64,000 bases of DNA from Rhynchobatus australiae (taxonomy: Eukaryota). Location of the stretch: the NCBI GenBank assembly GCA_034780895.1, contig JAUZTB010000070.1:12971703-13035702 (forward strand), written 5' to 3'. Below the pieces are notes generated by a model. That model ran no database searches and was not told where the DNA came from. It worked only from the letters and a program-made list of their open reading frames with translations. How positions within the stretch are numbered: the first letter of the stretch is position 1; the number at the start of each line of letters is the position of its first letter. This document shows positions 13,771 to 24,975 of the stretch, piece after piece. Position numbers and translations under genes: made by a program.

Positions 13771-14939
13771 GTAGCTGCCAGAATCAAGCAAGTCTAGTCA
13801 TGTATGCCAAATGGAATGTGCAACTCATTGTGAAGTAAAGCAACATTGATTTGTACCAAGCCAACAAAGAGATTGAAGCAATGCATGAGGGAGACTCAAA
13901 TACCCCATTTAAGGGATACATTTGCTGTATTGGTATATCCCAGGAGTAGAAGGGTAGGTCAACTCCTACAAGAGTAAGACAATACAATCAGAGGGCTTGC
14001 AGGAACAACAATTGCAACTAAGCCTGGGAAGGAATCTGTAACAAACCAGGGTCATAAACTTTTACATCCCTAAGGACTAAAAACTAAGGCATAGGATAAC
14101 TGAATGCAACCGAAGTGTATACAGGTGAATATTATAATCAATAATACATATGTTGATAAACTGAAACATAACTGAGGTACATACTATCTGAAGGTATAAT
14201 AACATGATAATTTGCTGAAGAAAATTCACAATATTGGCATTTTCATCCTCCAGTACGCCCTACCACATATATTAAAGTAAGTGTTTTCAATTTGGCATTA
14301 AACCATCCAAAATTATAGGACAATTTCCTGGAAGGGTCTGCAGCAATGGAAACTTAGTTCATGCAGAATATATATCATGAGCCTTTCACAATATCTTTGA
14401 TCGTATTATGACTTTAGTTAAATGCCTTGGTAACCATAGTGACACTATTTTCATGACAGTTTATCTCCTTCCTTTCTGCAGAAACTGAGATTGTAATGCA
14501 TGCTTACTGTGGGGCCAAATAAAAGTAGGCAATTTCACTGATCAGAGCAGCTTTTCAATCTGTCTGTTTGTGAAGCATCAGTGACTCCCCTCAGACAGAG
14601 ATGGTATCTGATTGAAAAGTGTGTGCCTACCTGCAGAGACACTCTATCCTGCAGAAATCCTGCCCCAATTAATACCTTGTACAGCAAATTGAAAATGATC
14701 ACCAATAATGGCAAATTATCTTTAATTTGGTAATTTAATATATTTTATATGTATCTTAACTAAATCAAATATAATTTACAGATGTCTATAATATTTGGAT
14801 GATTTGTTCTTCCTCAGTGTTGAAGCTGATCATTAACTGCTGGAGAATTGTGCTTTACTAATTGGGGCAAGGGATGTACAGACTTTTGAGACAGTTCGTG
14901 CAGAAAAGGACAATTGAAGTNNNNNNNNNNNNNNNNNGA

Positions 14940-15400
14940 GATGTTGAAGACTCTGCAAAAGAGAACAGAAGAGAGAAAAGCTGTTCGAACTAACTATAGA
15001 ATAGTTAAGCTGGACCTTAATGATGTGGTTGGGATAGTCACACACTGAAAAATAGGGACACAGATTCAGATTTAGAACAGATGAGCTGAGTGGACATTTT
15101 TAAATGAACCATTTTAAGCAGAGAATAGCATATTGTATGAATGGACTGTCCAGGGAAGAGGTGGAGAGAGGTAGCATTGAAAAAAAAAATAATTGGAAAG
15201 GTATTTAAGAGAATAAGAGACCGATGGGAGATTGTGCAGGATTGGAGAGATGTGCCTGAAACAGTCATATATTGATAACTTCAGCAAAATGGGAGATAGT
15301 AGGAAAAAGAAGAGAAAGGTACATGAGCCAGCCAACCTGGAAGGAGTATGGACACTGTTTGGAGCACCTACACATGGCTAAGACAATGCAGTGGTGGAGC
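14940..15400 (+). mobile_element. Old CR1 fragment
   Basis: Decayed CR1 3' region (gaccttaat...gagagg...ggtatttaagagaa). Confidence 0.45.
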
Positions 15401-18199
15401 CAAAATCTTGCAGATGTGAAATATGATACTGAATGTACTCACCCCATACTGGCTGCATAAAAGCAATACAGCTTTTGGTGTAATATTGGTGGTGCAATAC
15501 AGGCAGCAAGAAACTGGTCCACTTTAGCTCACTGACAGCATATATATCTGTTGTGCGCCTGATGCGCAGAATCGTGACTGTTTTCCCATTACTCTGTGAG
15601 CTTGCCTGAATTTGTTCCACTCACACCAAAGCTTTCTAATCCTTCCTTTAGCAGCTGGATAAAATACCTCTACCTGCATTATCTTTAGTTCTTATTCTTT
15701 CTATCTATCTTTTGTTCCTTCTCTGTACATAAGAGGATGCTATCAAGTCTCACAACTGTATTCAGGCTCCATCTGCATGAACAGATTTGGTGCGTTCCAA
15801 TCTATATCCACCTATCTCTCAACCAACACCATCAAGAACCGATTAACCATCCAGGTACTTCACTGGTGCACAGAAATTGGCTGCTGTAGTTGTTACACAA
15901 TAACAGAGACTAAATTTAAGTAATAAATTTATTGTCTGTGAAATATTTTGGGATGTCCTGAAGATAAAAAAATGCCATGCAGATGTAACTTCTTCCTATC
16001 TTTTAAATTGTAACAAGTAATAGAGGACTCAGACTAGGTCTCTATAAAACTGAACCCCAGAATTATTTTTCAACCATTTCTCACTGCCTTTCCTGCCTAT
16101 TTGCCAAACTAGTTTAATATTTTCAACATTTATTCCATTAGGTCTTTTAAAAATCTTCCATGTGGATCTTTATCAAATATCGTCTGGATATTCAAATAAA
16201 TTATACCATAGTTTAGCTGCCTCTTCAAAAGAGCTGCTGCAGATTAATGAAATGTGGCATTATTATCTCCATGCTGATTGATGAACACAGAGTCTGCACT
16301 ATGATGCTTCCAAGGGTTGTCCACTAGGTTAACTGATCTTTGTCCAATGTTTTGCTCATTTGTCAAACATCAGGGTTACACCATTCAATTGATTCACAGC
16401 AGTTTGCGTTAGTCACGATCTAGAACCTGTGTTTTTTTTAAATAATCTGTCCTTTTCAGAGCTATGTTGCAAGTTACCTTTTTTTTGCATAAATCAGATC
16501 CCTAAATATATCATTCAATGAGGACATAACATTGTATTTTGATTGGTGGAATACAAAATATAAAATAGGATCCTATGACTGAAGACAACTAAAACTTGTT
16601 TATTGCAATTATAAACAGAAATATGAACTGCAAAAAATTGCAACCGATTGGGTGCAAATATTAAAGAAAAATTCACATTGCCACAACTACTAAGCAATGT
16701 ATTTTCCCCATTTTGAGGCTCAAAATCCTTGCCAAGTTCTTTCATTCTCTAGTGCACACTTTCTGTTATTGAGAACCACTCCATCTGACCCCTAACATTG
16801 GGAAGAAGGTTCCTGTTCTTTCTCAAAGTCTTGATTTTAATTTGTTCAGCACCAGCGCCATCTGCCCTGGGAATTTGCAATTGCTGGCTTTCCCAGGCAT
16901 GCATGTGACTCACAATTATTCAACCAAGAAAGGAGATTGCTTTAGGATGTTTGTGGATGGGTTCCCGAGCAAACAGACAAAGCTTCATGATAATACAATA
17001 CCCTGGCGCCTGGAGTTTCCATGGGTGTTCTCCCAATCTCCTGCCATGGCTTAGCGAAAAGACTAGCGGAAACCTCAGCGAAATATCATAAACAAACACT
17101 TCTACCATTTCTTCTGAGTCTTTTCTAATTTTCTAGCAAGGTTACAGAGGAATAAGCCACTTTTAATAGTGGTTGGTTTTGCCACCCATTGACACCATTT
17201 TGGTAATGGCCTTCTGGAATGCTTGCCTGTGCTCCAATCTATACCCTCTAAATCAATGGCCTTGCACGATTTTACGGGGAGTTTTCTCCTGCAGCACCAA
17301 CAGGTCAATTTGAGAAAAGAACAGCCCCTACAATGATTTGCTATTCAGCAATTAGCATCACTGACTATAACAAAGTGAGGGTTTCCTATCTTGTAATGGA
17401 GCTTCAGAGGAGGAATCCGATTTCTGCATAGAATATTTTTACTGATATGTTATTGAATAATTTTTTTCAGAAAATATGTCACATTACAGGGAACTATCAA
17501 CTGCATTAATCTGAAATTATTGATGGGGGGACATAATTTTGACAAAATGATCAAGTTCAGCAAACAATGCCACCTTTGCAATCCTATGTTATCCCAGAAC
17601 TGGAAATCTCTAAACCAACTCACAAAAGCAAGGTGGAAAATTCTGAATGCAGATCCAACATCAGGAGACCAAAAGATGAGAAGTAAAAAATACAAAGTAA
17701 AGGGTTACTATATGGTAAGAAGTGAAAGTGAAATAATTCAGGTTACTAGATCCCTTTCTTGGCCCATTAAACCAGATCTAATACAATAAGAGTTTTTCTC
17801 CTGCATTAACTGCTGTATCGGTATAATTAAAATCATGGAATGACTACAACAAGCTTCACCGGATATGTACTCCAAAGCCCGTAAATTGCAATCATTGGAG
17901 AAAAATATAACTTGTTTTGTTAAACTACTGAATGAAATTGGAATAAAACTGGTACAATCAAGAAAGAAAAATAAAGAAAATTGCCATGGCCTTTTAGGTT
18001 AATCAGTCATTTTAGCCAAGGGTTATGGCTGATGTCTCAGCACTGCCTTGGAGTAGTTAAACTTCATTAGTTTTCATCTGCCCCATGATGTCACACCTGT
18101 GAACAGCAGAGCATATTAACTTCTAAACAAAAAAAAAGGGCCAGGTATCTCTTTTATTATCCAACTACCAGCAAAGAAGAATCTGGCGACAGGCTCTCA

Positions 18200-18630
18200 T
18201 AGAACCTACATAGAACAGTACAGCACAGGAACAGGCCCTTCGGCCCACCATGTCTGCACTGACCATGATGCCAAATTAGACTAATCCCATCTGCCTGCGC
18301 ATGGTCCATATCCCTCTATGTAAAAACTCTTGCCTTGCAAATCGCCTTCAAACTTTCCCCTTCTCACCTTAAGCCTACATCCTCTAGTATTTGACATTTC
18401 CATTCTGGGCAAAGCCTCTGTCTATCTCCACCTTTATTAATTTTATATCCTTCTATCAGGCCGTTCCTCAGCCTTCAAAGTTCCAGAAAAAAACAATCCA
18501 AGTTTGTCCAACCTCTCCTTATAGCTAATACTCTCCAATCCAAGCAATATCCTGGTGAACTTCTTATACACCCTGCCTAAAGCCTCCACTGGTGTGTAAC
18601 CAGGACTGCACACAATACTCCAAATGATGC
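18200..18630 (-). mobile_element. CR1 LINE 3' end
   Basis: catagaacagtacagcacaggaacaggcccttcggccca tail and ORF2 C-terminal sequence antisense. Confidence 0.85.
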
Positions 18631-19769
18631 CTCTCCCTGAATAAACTCAAATAGAGCCAAAAAGAAAAGTAAAGAGCAAGCTGTCCTCACAAGCTCCGAA
18701 CAACAGAGGCTGATGTCTGCAGGAGTCAAATGCCTTAAGGTGTTGGTTTGGATTGTGGTGAGTATGTGGGATGAGGGAGTGGTGAAATAATTGAAGTATA
18801 ATTGTTTCACAGACACCTGAAGTTTCCAGAATACACCTCACTATATGCCCTCATCCAGGCACTCACAGCTGCTGTATAGCTCCACAATATTATGACCATA
18901 GTATTTGTCATCCAGCCATACAGTTTATCCAAAACCCTGTTGTACAAATCAATATATGTGATCTTTTATAATTTTTCTTTACAGTTTTTCTGAAATGTAA
19001 ATGTCACCTGTCACCCTTATGTTGTTCCACTTAAGTCTTAACACAGTCAGTGTCACTATAAATCCAGGAGTGGAAAGGACACTTGGTCTTACTTACAAAA
19101 GTATTTGGTTGGTTAAAAGGAGTCCCTCTCTCATCCTCTGAATACACCAAAATGCCACATAAGCCCCATATACTTAATAACATTTATGTTAAGTAAGTAA
19201 TTGCAGCAACCAGTTTGTATATGGCAAGATCCCAGCAAGTGATAAGGGGATCAAACCCTGACTGATTTCTTTGGATGGTGTTGATCAGGGCGAGAGGGAA
19301 TTGCAAAACCAATCGACTGCAGCCATTCAGAACAAACCAGTTTGGGGGCATGGATTTGGTAATGAAACATCCCTCTGATCCACCTGTGATGAGCAGTTTG
19401 TTCTCTGCCATGGACCAGGACAGACTTGGTGAGCTGGCATTAGAACTCTGTCAGGATTGACAGCTATTCAGGTTTGTTCAAAAGATAATTATTTTTGTTA
19501 CCTTTCACCCTCTTGAATAAAAAAAAATCAAGTAGTTTGCAATCTGCACCAGAACAGCTGCCCACGTGACTCTGATCTCTACAATTCAGACACTCAAACT
19601 ACAAACCAGCCTAGATCCTGAATCCCAAATGTAACAAGTCCAAATTCAGGTAAAACAGATTCCGCACCTTCCTGTCTGGCTGGTCACAGGTTAGATGGTG
19701 TTGAAAACATGTAGACTTTAAAGGGGAAATTAGGCTTGAGATGTTTCCCAAAAGGGGTGGCGAGAGTGT

Positions 19770-20050
19770 GGGAGCATAAAACAAACTGCTGGAGGAACTC
19801 AGCAGGTCAGGCATCTTCTGTGAGAGCAGGGGGATGGTCAATGTTTCGGGTCAAGACCCTGCATCAAACTGTGAGTGTATGGGGGAGATAGACAATACAC
19901 AGAAGTGTGAAGGAGGGGTGAGGCAGGGGCTGAAAAGCGATAGGTGGACCTGCTGATATGCTGACCATCCCTTCGTCTCCACAGATGCTGCCTGACCTGC
20001 CTGTTCCTCCGCCACTTTGATTTTTACTCCAGATCCCAATTTCTTGTGTC
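19770..20050. mobile_element. Penelope-derived inverted-arm element with minus-strand hammerhead remnant
   Basis: Arms ggaggaactcagcaggtcaggca / tgcctgacctgcctgttcctcc; minus strand reads ttgatgcagggtcttgacccgaaacattgacc. Confidence 0.8.
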
Positions 20051-20059
20051 ACCATGAGA

Positions 20060-20617
20060 GTGAGGAATGACTCAAAAGGGGTTATGGGCTTTCCCTAAAA
20101 GAGTGATGGGAAGAGGACTGTCCCCTAAGAGCAATGACTTTTCCCAACTGGGTGATGGGAGTGAAACACGTCCTCGAAGATTTAATGGGGGAGGGTTAAA
20201 AAGAGCGGGTGATTTCCTCAAAATAGCAAATGCAGAGGGGGAATTCACTGAAGGGCAATGGTGTGTGTGTGGGGGGGGGGGTACCTAAATCAGCAGAGAA
20301 TGGGGCACTGCCCCAGGGAGACATTAGCTGTGTGGGATTTCCCAAAGGCAGTGGGGTTGGGGGAATTTCCCCGAATACAAATGAGAGTAGAGCATCTCCC
20401 CAAAGATGCAATGGGAAAGGGCCTTTCTCCCAGTGGTGCTGGACGTGGCAGATCCCCCCAGTGTGCGGGGATAGTTCCCCAAAGAGTCACGTGGGACTGC
20501 AATGGGATTGGGGATTTGCCTAAGGGACAAGGGGGATGGGGCATTTCTACAAATGGAGGGCAATAGGACTGGGGCAATTCCCAAAAGAGGTCAATGGTGA
20601 GGAGGGGTGAAGGTTCC
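20060..20617. repeat. Degenerate ~28-30-bp G-rich tandem array containing kB-like motifs
   Basis: Recurrent gcaatggg...gggg(a/c)atttccccaaag units; GGGATTTCCC at 20334-20343 and GGGAATTTCC at 20361-20370. Confidence 0.55.
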
Positions 20618-21371
20618 NNNNNNNNNNNNNNNNNNNNNNNNNNNNNNNNNNNNNNNNNNNNNNNNNNNNNNNNNNNNNNNNNNNNNNNNNNNNNNNNNNN
20701 NNNNNNNNNNNNNNNNNCCCTCAGGGAGTCAGCTCCCCCACTGACCCCAGTAGGCCCCCCTGCTCCCCGAAACTCACCCAGGAAGAGTAGCCCACATACC
20801 TTCATTTTGGACAGACTGCCAGGCCCGCGGAACCTCAGACCAGGGATGGACCGAGCCCAGAGGGCCACCAGGAACCGGCACCAACCCCCCGCCCACCCCA
20901 GAGCCGCCAAGACCCCCAAGCACCGACCCCAGCCCCCAAAGTCAGCCCGCCGCCCAAAGAAGCCACCGCATCACAGCAAGGGTGATCAGGGCGAGAGCGC
21001 CCGCCCAACCGCCGCCGGAGCAAGGGGGCACCAGGAGCGGACTCCCAGTACAACAAAGGGGCCGACCAGCCAAACCAGCACGGTCCCCGGCCACCACCGT
21101 TGACCACCCACTCAATTCCCACCCCAGAAGATATACTACTCCCACCCCACCATTCAGACCACTATCAGAACATATAGCACAAAGACACCCAGGCTGAGTC
21201 AACCCACCTCCTCCCACCGGCCAAGCAGCACGCCCACAGCCAACCCAGCCCCCCAGCCCACGAAAACCCGCAGCCCACCAGCGCACCGGAGGCCCCCCCA
21301 GCCCAGAGCCGGGCCCCAGCCCCGGGGCTGTCAGAACATTCCAACGTGGGGTGGACGCAGGGGGAACTTAC

Positions 21372-21462
21372 CCTCATTAACCGCTCGTCTGCTCCTCGCT
21401 CTGCTCGGTCCCAGCTCCTTAATCCAGCTCCCAGTGGCAGATAAAAGGTGGAATATTTCCAT
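21372..21462 (-). CDS. Candidate first coding segment of an unidentified gene, MEIFHLLSATGSWIKELGPSRARSRRAVNE followed by a phase-1 donor
   Basis: Consensus donor AGG|GTAAGT at 21372/21371; ATG at 21462. An alternative reading is ATG AGG (MR) right at the donor. No homologue recognised. Confidence 0.3.
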
Positions 21463-21620
21463 CGAGTGCAGGGTCTGTCTGACACGGCGGAGTGTCTGCT
21501 GATTCCCAGCCACACCAGCGATAAGACAGTCTCCGACAGAACGAGCAAGGATCCCTGACCCGCCTCGCTGTGTCAGTGCAGGCAACCAGCTCCCAGATAT
21601 GGAGAATAATTATTACGTAC

Positions 21621-21683
21621 CTTATGTAGTGGTATCTGTTTTGTATTACTGCTCCTCTCACAGCTCCTTCACAGTGCCAAGTA
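21621..21683 (-). other. 63-nt internal exon, probably 5' UTR; may extend to a distal donor at 21372
   Basis: Branch point CTGAC, pyrimidine tract ttcctttctctcccccgcgcccc, CAG acceptor, donor AAG|GTACGT. Confidence 0.55.
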
Positions 21684-22371
21684 CTGGGGGCGCGGGGGAG
21701 AGAAAGGAACACTGTCAGGAGGCGAGGGAGATTAAAACTGTGGGAGGGAGAGACGGGGTCGAGGGGAGAGGCAGGGATCGCCAGGGAAGGGGAGACTTGA
21801 CCGGGCGAGAAGTGATTCGGAGAAAGTCACCCAGAGTGAGGGAGAGACTGGGGTCAGGCGGAGAGACCGTGAGTCGGAGAAGACAGGAGAGGAGACACTT
21901 AAAGACCTGCTGCTCATCTTCGCGGCACTGAGAAAGTGGAAACTCAGCGCGGGGCACCGAACGAGAATGAATTAACCTCTAACATGCATTGAAGTAATCA
22001 ATTATTTACACAGCTCAGCTGCCAGCGCTTTTGTTGATGAGTGCTTCTTCGCACTTGGAGTTTTGTTCTGTTTCCTCCTGTGTGTGCAGGATCAGGAGGG
22101 GGAGTGGGGAGGTTGGGGAGGAGGGGAGGATGAGGGGGTTGGGGAGGAAGGGGGGGAGGAGGAGGAGGAGGGGGGAGATCTCACTAACTCCGTCCTCCTC
22201 CCCGGCCCTGCCGCTCGCTGTAACCTCCCGTCAGACCCCAGCAACTGGGATCATTCCAGTCGGGACTGCGGATCCTCACCCAGTGTCAGTCACGGCGTTT
22301 GACAGCAAAATGCATCCAGGGTCAAATCCCAAATGCAACCCAAAAGTTGCCTGGGGCAACTGCTCTCTTAC

Positions 22372-22700
22372 CTTTCGCCCGGGTTGTCCAGCCCTGCTCC
22401 TGCACTGTCGCTGTAGCCCGGCTCGGAATGTCTCAGGCTCCGGGTGCTGAAATTATTCTCCAAGACATCAAGAGGGGAGCCCCGGGGGAACGTTCACTCG
22501 CAGATCGCCCTCCGCTGCAGCCGCCGCTCTCCGTCCGCGCCGCAGAGACCGCGGGCATCAAACTTAACGCCGGGTTGTCGGCGGGCTGCCATCGCCCAAC
22601 ACTGAGCAGTATCGGGACACTGGAGGGGGGAGTGCAAGAGGTGGTCCACCTCCACCTCACTCTCAGCCCCGTGCCTGCCCCCACTTCTGCTACACTCTGC
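22372..22700 (-). other. Probable first (5' UTR) exon containing a 32-codon uORF (22592-22494); 5' end uncertain
   Basis: Donor AAG|GTAAGA at 22372/22371 in the core of the CpG island; ATG in strong Kozak context gcgATGg. Confidence 0.55.
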
Positions 22701-23404
22701 TGTCCACCCCTCCTCCTCCCCTTCTGAAGCGTTGGCGAGCGGGGGTTGCCTCTGTTAATAAGTCAGGTGCTGGGGCGCTGCCCGAGACCCACCCGGGCTA
22801 ACTCAGGACAGTCCCGGTCTCCCCTCCCACCCGCTGGCCCGGATCTCCTGGCCGGGCACGCTGCCGGATGATGTGGATGCAACCTCTTGTCCTCAGCGCT
22901 CCGAGCTGTGCGAGTGTCTGTGTGTTTGTACTGTGGCTCCGCTCCCTNNNNNNNNNNNNNNNNNNNNNNNNNNNNNNNNNNNNNNNNNNNNNNNNNNNNN
23001 NNNNNNNNNNNNNNNNNNNNNNNNNNNNNNNNNNNNNNNNNNNNNAGAACCGTTTAATACATTGACGACAGCTGTCGGGACTGCCCTCGCCTTTCCCGAC
23101 GCAGGGTGGAGAGTAACAGCCGGGGAAGTTAAACCATCGGCGGGAAGGCGGGTCCTGGTCACCTGGCTGAGCGGTAACTGAACCACGAAACGCGCCGGAT
23201 CTGCCGCCCGTCGCCTTGCCCAACAGCACACGGACGACGGGCGAGGAAGGGGCGGATATACGGGAGACCCTCGGTGGGTGATGCGAGAGCAGGGCTCTCA
23301 CCGAGGAGACCTGAAGTTGGATACCACCACTGCGGTCTGAATCCAGATTGTATTTCAGGCACTGCAGGCAGCCCGTGTTGTTTACAATCAGCCTGCCTTC
23401 AGTT

Positions 23405-23830
23405 TTAAGTTCAAGTTCAAGTTTGTTGCCATAAGCATACATACCCAGGGCATAAATGCCCTGAACATTAGCCTTTTGCAACAGCAGCGCAGTACATTAC
23501 AAAGATGACAAAAATAAGTTGGCATTAACTTAAACTAACTTAGTTATACAAACTTACACGACAAATAAACATAACGAGACACGTGTAAGTTGAGAGAGAG
23601 AAAGACAGAGAGTCCGAGGTGGCGTTGGGGTTTTTCAGGTGGGTTCGAGAACCCGGTGGCAGTGGGGAAGAAGCTGTTGTAGAACCTTGAGGTGTGGGTC
23701 CTGTGTACCTCCTGCCTGATGGCAGCAATGAGAAAGGGCATGGCCCTGGATGTTGGGGTCCCTGGTGATGGATATCGCCTTCCTGACACATCTCCCCTTG
23801 TAGATGTCTTTGATGGCGGGGAAAGGTATC
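23405..23830 (-). mobile_element. Rex1/Babar LINE 3' end
   Basis: aagttcaagttcaag tail; antisense translation HPGPCPFSLLPSGRRY and RFYNSFFPTA; homologous to 61688-62375. Confidence 0.85.
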
Positions 23831-24654
23831 TGTGGGGATTATGTGGGGATCGCATTCAGATGAGTTTGTGTTTCGACTATCTGTCAATTTACTGGTAAAT
23901 TAAGGGAGACTATTCCACAGTCCCTGAGCTGTTTGCCATTGCCCCATTCTCCACTTCCCGCCGCCAACAATCAGTACTGAACAGCTCAGAGAAGCGTCCA
24001 AGGAACAGCTCGGCTCCCTCACCTGGAAGTCTATTCTCTGCCATGAGCCACCCTGTGACTGAGGAACCTTTTGACAATTCTTTTATCTCTTCGGATCTAC
24101 AACCCTCTGTCGATTTATCTCGACCTGAGGCAGCTGGAGTTACTTTTCTGCGCTGACTTTCCTTCTGCTGCGGCTACCGTCGCGTGGTCTCCAAAACTCA
24201 GCACAGGATGTGAGCGGTTAAAAACCCGTGTTCACATCCCTTTGCCGACATTGAGATTTAGTGTTGCAATTTTTACAGGCTGGGAAAAGACACAGATTGT
24301 AACAAAACTATATTATTGATTCAGATTGAATAGGAGTCGCGAGATATTCCAGGAAATTCTGCTGCTTTTTTGGATATGAGAGAGGAAGTGTTCGATTTAA
24401 CTCGAAGGGTAAAGGTTTATTGGGAATGGGAGTTGGGGAAAAGCAGGTTGGAAGTCCTGGCAGTTTAAATTTCCAATAAAACGTCTACACTGAGCCGACT
24501 CCCACCATGGAGAAGTACGCGGCACGGGAGTGTTTACAGAAAGCTCAGCTCCAAAGAGTTGTGCATTGTTTAGCTTCTGGTGGGACCTTGGTGGAATGCC
24601 AGTCCCAATGTGGAATTCTCAGGGAAATGGTGATGTGCGCTTTTCGTATTCCAT

Positions 24655-24975
24655 TACGACACAGGAGGAGAAATTCGGCCCTTCGAGTCAATGCTAGCTC
24701 ACAGAGCAATCCCATTCCCCCACTCGCTTCCCTGTAATCTATTCCCCCACATGTCCTCCCCCACTCGCCTACACTAGGGATATTTTACAGCAGCCAGGCA
24801 ACCTGCAAACCAGCAGGTCTTTGGGATGTGGGAGGAAACCGGAAGGATCCGGGAGAACCCCAGGCGATCACAGGGAGAACGCACAAACTCCGCTCGGGCA
24901 GCACCGGAGGTCAGGAGCGAACCCGGGTGGCTGGAGCCGTGAGGCAGCTACACCGCCCAGTGTGCCACTGCGCTG
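24655..24975 (-). mobile_element. V-SINE-like element, CpG-rich copy
   Basis: tctttgggatgtgggaggaaaccgga...cacagggagaacgcacaaactcc core and CR1-type tail. Confidence 0.8.

Noticed and set aside
14551-14619. 10-bp inverted repeat as a possible pre-miRNA
   Set aside because: Large asymmetric bulge and poor internal pairing
17471-17714. Plus-strand exon-like frame (tttcAG ... ATG|GTAAGA)
   Set aside because: No recognisable product, antisense to the inferred host gene, no partner exons
20594-23481. Many overlapping Pro/Gly/Arg-rich ORFs
   Set aside because: Expected from stop-codon scarcity in a CpG island
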